From Amoebophrya sp. A120 (Eukaryota > Protista > Dinoflagellata): a stretch of DNA of 64,000 bases. Below the pieces are notes generated by a model. The model was not told the DNA's origin and did not search any database. It worked only from the letters and a program-made list of their open reading frames with translations. The number at the start of each line of letters is the position of its first letter. Positions within the stretch are counted from its first letter, which is position 1. Shown here one piece after another: positions 63,920 through 64,000 of this stretch. Both the position numbers and the translations under genes were made by a program. The stretch is from assembly GCA_905178155.1 (NCBI GenBank), contig CAJINV010000013.1:3220158-3284157 (forward strand), read 5' to 3'.

Positions 63920-64000
63920 GTAGATTTCTCTAGTATTAGCCGATTCGAGACTGCCTTCGATTCTACTTCTCTTGTTTACGTGTATTGAAACAAGTGTGTG

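Overview
Eukaryotic, intron-containing genomic DNA. About 15 protein genes all lie on the + strand. Together with frequent non-GT-AG introns built from inverted-repeat elements, this points to a dinoflagellate-lineage parasite of the Amoebophrya/Syndiniales type (inferred from genome style, not from a database match). Genes: SLY1/SCFD1 (3' part), a MORN protein, an EF-hand protein, two CAMK-like kinases, APC10, PP2C, a signal-anchored His/Cys-rich COG0523 (CobW/ZNG1) GTPase, a TM-sushi/EGF-TM-ankyrin protein, a class I methyltransferase-like protein, a nicotinamidase-like protein and several hypotheticals. Main signal: about ten TAT...ATA terminal-inverted-repeat (TIR) elements (introners, typically with 5-bp target-site duplications, TSDs) sit inside coding exons. 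In most, the frame is restored by removing from 1 nt before the left TIR to 4 nt after the right TIR, whatever the terminal dinucleotides. Two of them host nested mobile elements (a TTAA piggyBac-like element; a TSD-flanked, (TAC)n-tailed retroposed insert). One is flanked by a 46-bp exon duplication with mostly synonymous divergence. Two Ty1/copia relics appear strongly shifted toward GC. All gene models and alignments were made by eye and need RNA-seq confirmation.
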